This document shows positions 60,965 to 64,000 of a DNA stretch of 64,000 bases, piece by piece (the stretch's first letter is position 1; every line of letters starts with the position of its first letter). The DNA is from Planctomycetota bacterium (GTDB lineage Bacteria > Planctomycetota > UBA8108 > SXIK01), in the NCBI GenBank assembly GCA_965223265.1, contig OZ244999.1:3520001-3584000 (forward strand), in the 5' to 3' direction. Position numbers and translations under genes: made by a program. Under the pieces are notes generated by a model. The model did not search any database and had not been told where the DNA came from. It saw only the letters and a program-made list of their open reading frames with translations.

Positions 60965-62218
60965 TCAGTCTTCGAGCTGACGCTTGCTCGTGTCAGGCGC
61001 GAAGAGGATGACGATCATGCCGATCATGAACACCCAGCTGGTCACCTGGCCGGTCTTGGCGTAATCACCACCGAACGCGTTGATCACTTCCCCAGCGGCG
61101 AAGACACCGATAGCACTCAGGATACGGCCGAAGTTGAACGCGACGCCGCTGCCCGTGGCGCGCACGCGCGTCGGAAAGAGCTCCGGCAGGTAGTAGGGCA
61201 GCCAGCCGAAGTACATAATGCCGAAGAAGCCGAGAACAAACATCGATGGCTTGAACTGCGGATCGAGGGGTGTGAGGCTGTGGAAGATGTAGAGGCTGAT
61301 CGCGAGCGATCCAAGGCTGATCAAGAAGTACGTGAGCCGCCGTCCCACGTGGCTGGCGATGACACCGGCGAGCAAGCTGCCGAGAACGCCGCCGGCGGAC
61401 TTCCAGGCTTGCACGTCCGCTCGAAGCTCCGGTCCACCTTCGGCCCCTGCCCACGGCACTACCCAGTTGCCGCTTCCCCAACCACCTAGAAGCGGCACAG
61501 TACCGAGAAAGATCCCGAGAATCGTCACGCCAGCGAGTGACCCCGTGAAAAGGGTTGAGAGGGGCGAACTCCTCTCGTGCGGCGCCTCCTCCGGCGTCCG
61601 GCGGGCCGCCAGCCAGCGAGACGACTCCGGGACGGCGATGAACACCCAGACGCCGAGAATCGCTGGTGCGGTGCAAATGAGCATCGCCTCGCGCCAACTC
61701 ACCTCAGTGATCTCGCCGCCCATCATGCGCGCGAAGACGAAGAATCCGACGTTCGCCGCCGCACCGATCACACCTGCGAGAAACGGTCGCGAGACGTTCG
61801 ACCACACCTCAGAGACGAGCGCAACACCGTTCGGCCAGACTCCACCGACTCCCATGCACGCGATGAAGCGGAGCGTCAGAAGCGCCGCCGGCCCGTCGAC
61901 CCAATAAGTCGCCCCGGTGAAAAGTGAATACCAAAGAATACTGAATGCCATTCCCCTGGTGCGACCGAACCGATCGCCCACCCACCCGAACAGGAGTCCA
62001 CCGCACGTGGCGCCAAGAAGAAAGACGGCGATCCACCACGAGAAGATGCGCCCTACGATCGCCTCGTCTTCGAATCCAAACGAACGAATCGCAGCGCGAC
62101 CAACTAGCGGCCCGAGTGACATGATCGTTCCGGCGAACGTCCAACCCAGGAGTGCGACGATGAGAGCGTGGATCTTCTGAGCCGTGGAAAGCTGCGTCGT
62201 CGTTTCCTTTTGCGACAC
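60965..62218 (-). CDS. MFS transporter
   Basis: GDRFGRTR motif A, GVGGVW, PELFPTRVRATG; about 12 TM segments. Confidence 0.93.
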   Translation of the reverse strand: MSQKETTTQLSTAQKIHALIVALLGWTFAGTIMSLGPLVGRAAIRSFGFEDEAIVGRIFSWWIAVFLLGATCGGLLFGWVGDRFGRTRGMAFSILWYSLFTGATYWVDGPAALLTLRFIACMGVGGVWPNGVALVSEVWSNVSRPFLAGVIGAAANVGFFVFARMMGGEITEVSWREAMLICTAPAILGVWVFIAVPESSRWLAARRTPEEAPHERSSPLSTLFTGSLAGVTILGIFLGTVPLLGGWGSGNWVVPWAGAEGGPELRADVQAWKSAGGVLGSLLAGVIASHVGRRLTYFLISLGSLAISLYIFHSLTPLDPQFKPSMFVLGFFGIMYFGWLPYYLPELFPTRVRATGSGVAFNFGRILSAIGVFAAGEVINAFGGDYAKTGQVTSWVFMIGMIVILFAPDTSKRQLED

Positions 62219-62296
62219 GATCGTGATCCCTCTCCGCTAGTGTTGTTCTGAATTTCTTGCGCCGACACCTCGATCGAGACGAGCGCGCACAGACGG

Positions 62297-63271
62297 TCAA
62301 CGGCAGTCAACGATCGCCCGCCGCACCCGGGTTGTCAGCGGACCGCGGCTGGCGCTGCGGGCTGCTGCGTCGACGTGCTGGGGCTCGCCGAAGCCAATAA
62401 TGGCGCTCGCGATCTGCTCGTGCTCGAGCACGAAGCGGACCGCAGTATCGGCGAGAGACTCGCCCGGAGGCAACTCCTTTGCTAATGATTGCGCCCGGGC
62501 GCGGTCGCGCTCGTAGAGATCGAGCGGGAAAAACGGTGTCTTGAGCGTGTGCGGACTCGGCGGCGCGTCGAGAATCGCTCCGGCCCCGAAGACGCGAATC
62601 GCCAGCACACCCATGCCCGCAGCGCGGCACTCGGCGATGACGTTCCCGTAGTCCGTCTCCCGGAATCCTGCAGGAGGCTCGGCACCTGCCGTGGCGTTGA
62701 ACAAGTGATAGGGGACTTGCAGGGTGTCGAATGAGCCGGCGTGAATGACTTCCTTCATCGCTGCCGGTGCGCCAGTACCGGTGAGACCAAGGAGATCAAC
62801 GACCCCCTCGCGGCGTAGGCGCTCAAACGCCGCCAGGACCCCGTTCGCACCCAAGACGTCTTGCGGGGTGATCGACGTCGGCTCATCGCCGCGCTCATGG
62901 GTGATGGCGTTGTGCAGCTGCACGCACGTGACGCGGTCGCATCGCAGACGCTCGAGGCTACCGCACACGGAACGTCGCACCGCGCCGTCAATATCGCTCA
63001 GGTCATCCGCGTCGAGGCGGACTTTCGTGGCGACGTGCACTGGCTGCTGCCAATTGAGACGCTCAAGCGTCGCGCCGAGGCTGCGCTCCGAGGCGCCGCC
63101 CCCGTAGGTTGCAGCGGTATCGAACCAGTTGATGCCGGCTTCGAGGGCTCGGCGCACGACCGCCGTTTGCGCCCCTTCATCAGCGGCAGTCATGAGACGC
63201 GAGACCGGACCCGCTCCGAAAGCGAGCGCCGAGATCGAGAGTGCGGTCGAGCCGAGGGGGCGGTAGTTCAT
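62297..63271 (-). CDS. Aldo/keto reductase
   Basis: GINWFDTAATYG, VATK, SLERL, QLHN. Confidence 0.93.
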   Translation of the reverse strand: MNYRPLGSTALSISALAFGAGPVSRLMTAADEGAQTAVVRRALEAGINWFDTAATYGGGASERSLGATLERLNWQQPVHVATKVRLDADDLSDIDGAVRRSVCGSLERLRCDRVTCVQLHNAITHERGDEPTSITPQDVLGANGVLAAFERLRREGVVDLLGLTGTGAPAAMKEVIHAGSFDTLQVPYHLFNATAGAEPPAGFRETDYGNVIAECRAAGMGVLAIRVFGAGAILDAPPSPHTLKTPFFPLDLYERDRARAQSLAKELPPGESLADTAVRFVLEHEQIASAIIGFGEPQHVDAAARSASRGPLTTRVRRAIVDCR

Positions 63272-63345
63272 GTGCGTCAGACGAGGTCCACCGTTCCATT
63301 CGGGGACGGATGGCGCGGCGTGATCCCTGCCGAGATGACTCTTAG

Positions 63346-64000
63346 TCAGACAAAGAAATCCGGCTGCAGCTCGGCACCGGGCTCGACCGCGTAGCGCTCC
63401 ATGTCCGCCACTCCTTTGGCACGGAGCACGTCTTCGTCGATGAAGAATTGGCCGGTCACCTCGCAGCTCTTTTTAGTGAGAATCGCGTGCGCCGCGTCCG
63501 CCATAATCTCAGGGCGTCGACTGCGCCTGGCCATGGCCTCGCCGCCGAGCAGATTGCGCACTGCCGCCGTGTCGATGGTCGTCTTAGGCCACAGGCAGTT
63601 GACGGCGACGCCGCGATCCTTGAACTCCTCGGCCATGCCGAGCGCGCACAGGCTCATGCCAAACTTCGCGATCGTGTAGGCGACGTGTGGGGCGAACCAT
63701 TTGGGCTCAAGATTCAGCGGCGGGGAGATGTTGAGAATGTGAGGATTCTCCGCCTTCACGAGGTGCGGCAGACAGGCACGCGAGGTGACGAACGTGCCGC
63801 GGGTATTGACGGCATGCATGAGATCAAAGCGGCGCACAGGAGTCTCGAGCGTGCCAGCCAGAAAGATCGCGCTGGCATTGTTGACGACGATGTCGATGCC
63901 ACCGAACTCTTTCACTCCGGCCGCGACCGCCTCTTCGACTTGATCCTCGAAGCGAAGGTCGGCCGCGACAGCAAGTGCCCGACCACCGGCCGCGACAACC
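63346..64000 (-). CDS. SDR oxidoreductase (HSDL2-like), 5' partial
   Basis: GGIDIVVNNASAI, NISPP, YTIAK, PDFF; runs off the window end. Confidence 0.9.
   Translation of the reverse strand, partial: VVAAGGRALAVAADLRFEDQVEEAVAAGVKEFGGIDIVVNNASAIFLAGTLETPVRRFDLMHAVNTRGTFVTSRACLPHLVKAENPHILNISPPLNLEPKWFAPHVAYTIAKFGMSLCALGMAEEFKDRGVAVNCLWPKTTIDTAAVRNLLGGEAMARRSRRPEIMADAAHAILTKKSCEVTGQFFIDEDVLRAKGVADMERYAVEPGAELQPDFFV

Overview
GC-rich bacterial window, most likely Planctomycetota (inferred from three DUF1501 genes, DUF1549/DUF1553, a DUF1552 plus DUF1592-type cytochrome module, PQQ-propeller proteins and a BlaI/M56 pair). Recognisable genes include ahcY with a SahR-type regulator and operator, a SMUG1-type uracil-DNA glycosylase, fxsA, an S9 peptidase, a Ser/Thr kinase and a PilV/PilW/PilX-like triad. 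The mobile layer is rich. (i) Two identical, inverted copies of a ~2.57 kb tyrosine recombinase + IS91-type HUH transposase element, whose ends can be reconstructed and resemble integron attC half-sites. (ii) A disrupted RAYT transposase with GTAG-type REP doublets nearby and 32 kb away. (iii) A 68 bp palindrome made of two fused Tn3-type inverted repeats. (iv) A 158 bp MITE inserted in frame in a coding sequence. (v) A second structured MITE and a Tn3 transposase remnant. A divergent DUF692/MNIO enzyme and its partner lack a visible precursor peptide. Five genes carry small frameshifts, mostly in short homopolymers, which may be sequencing errors. All family calls come from motif recognition by eye; no database was searched.
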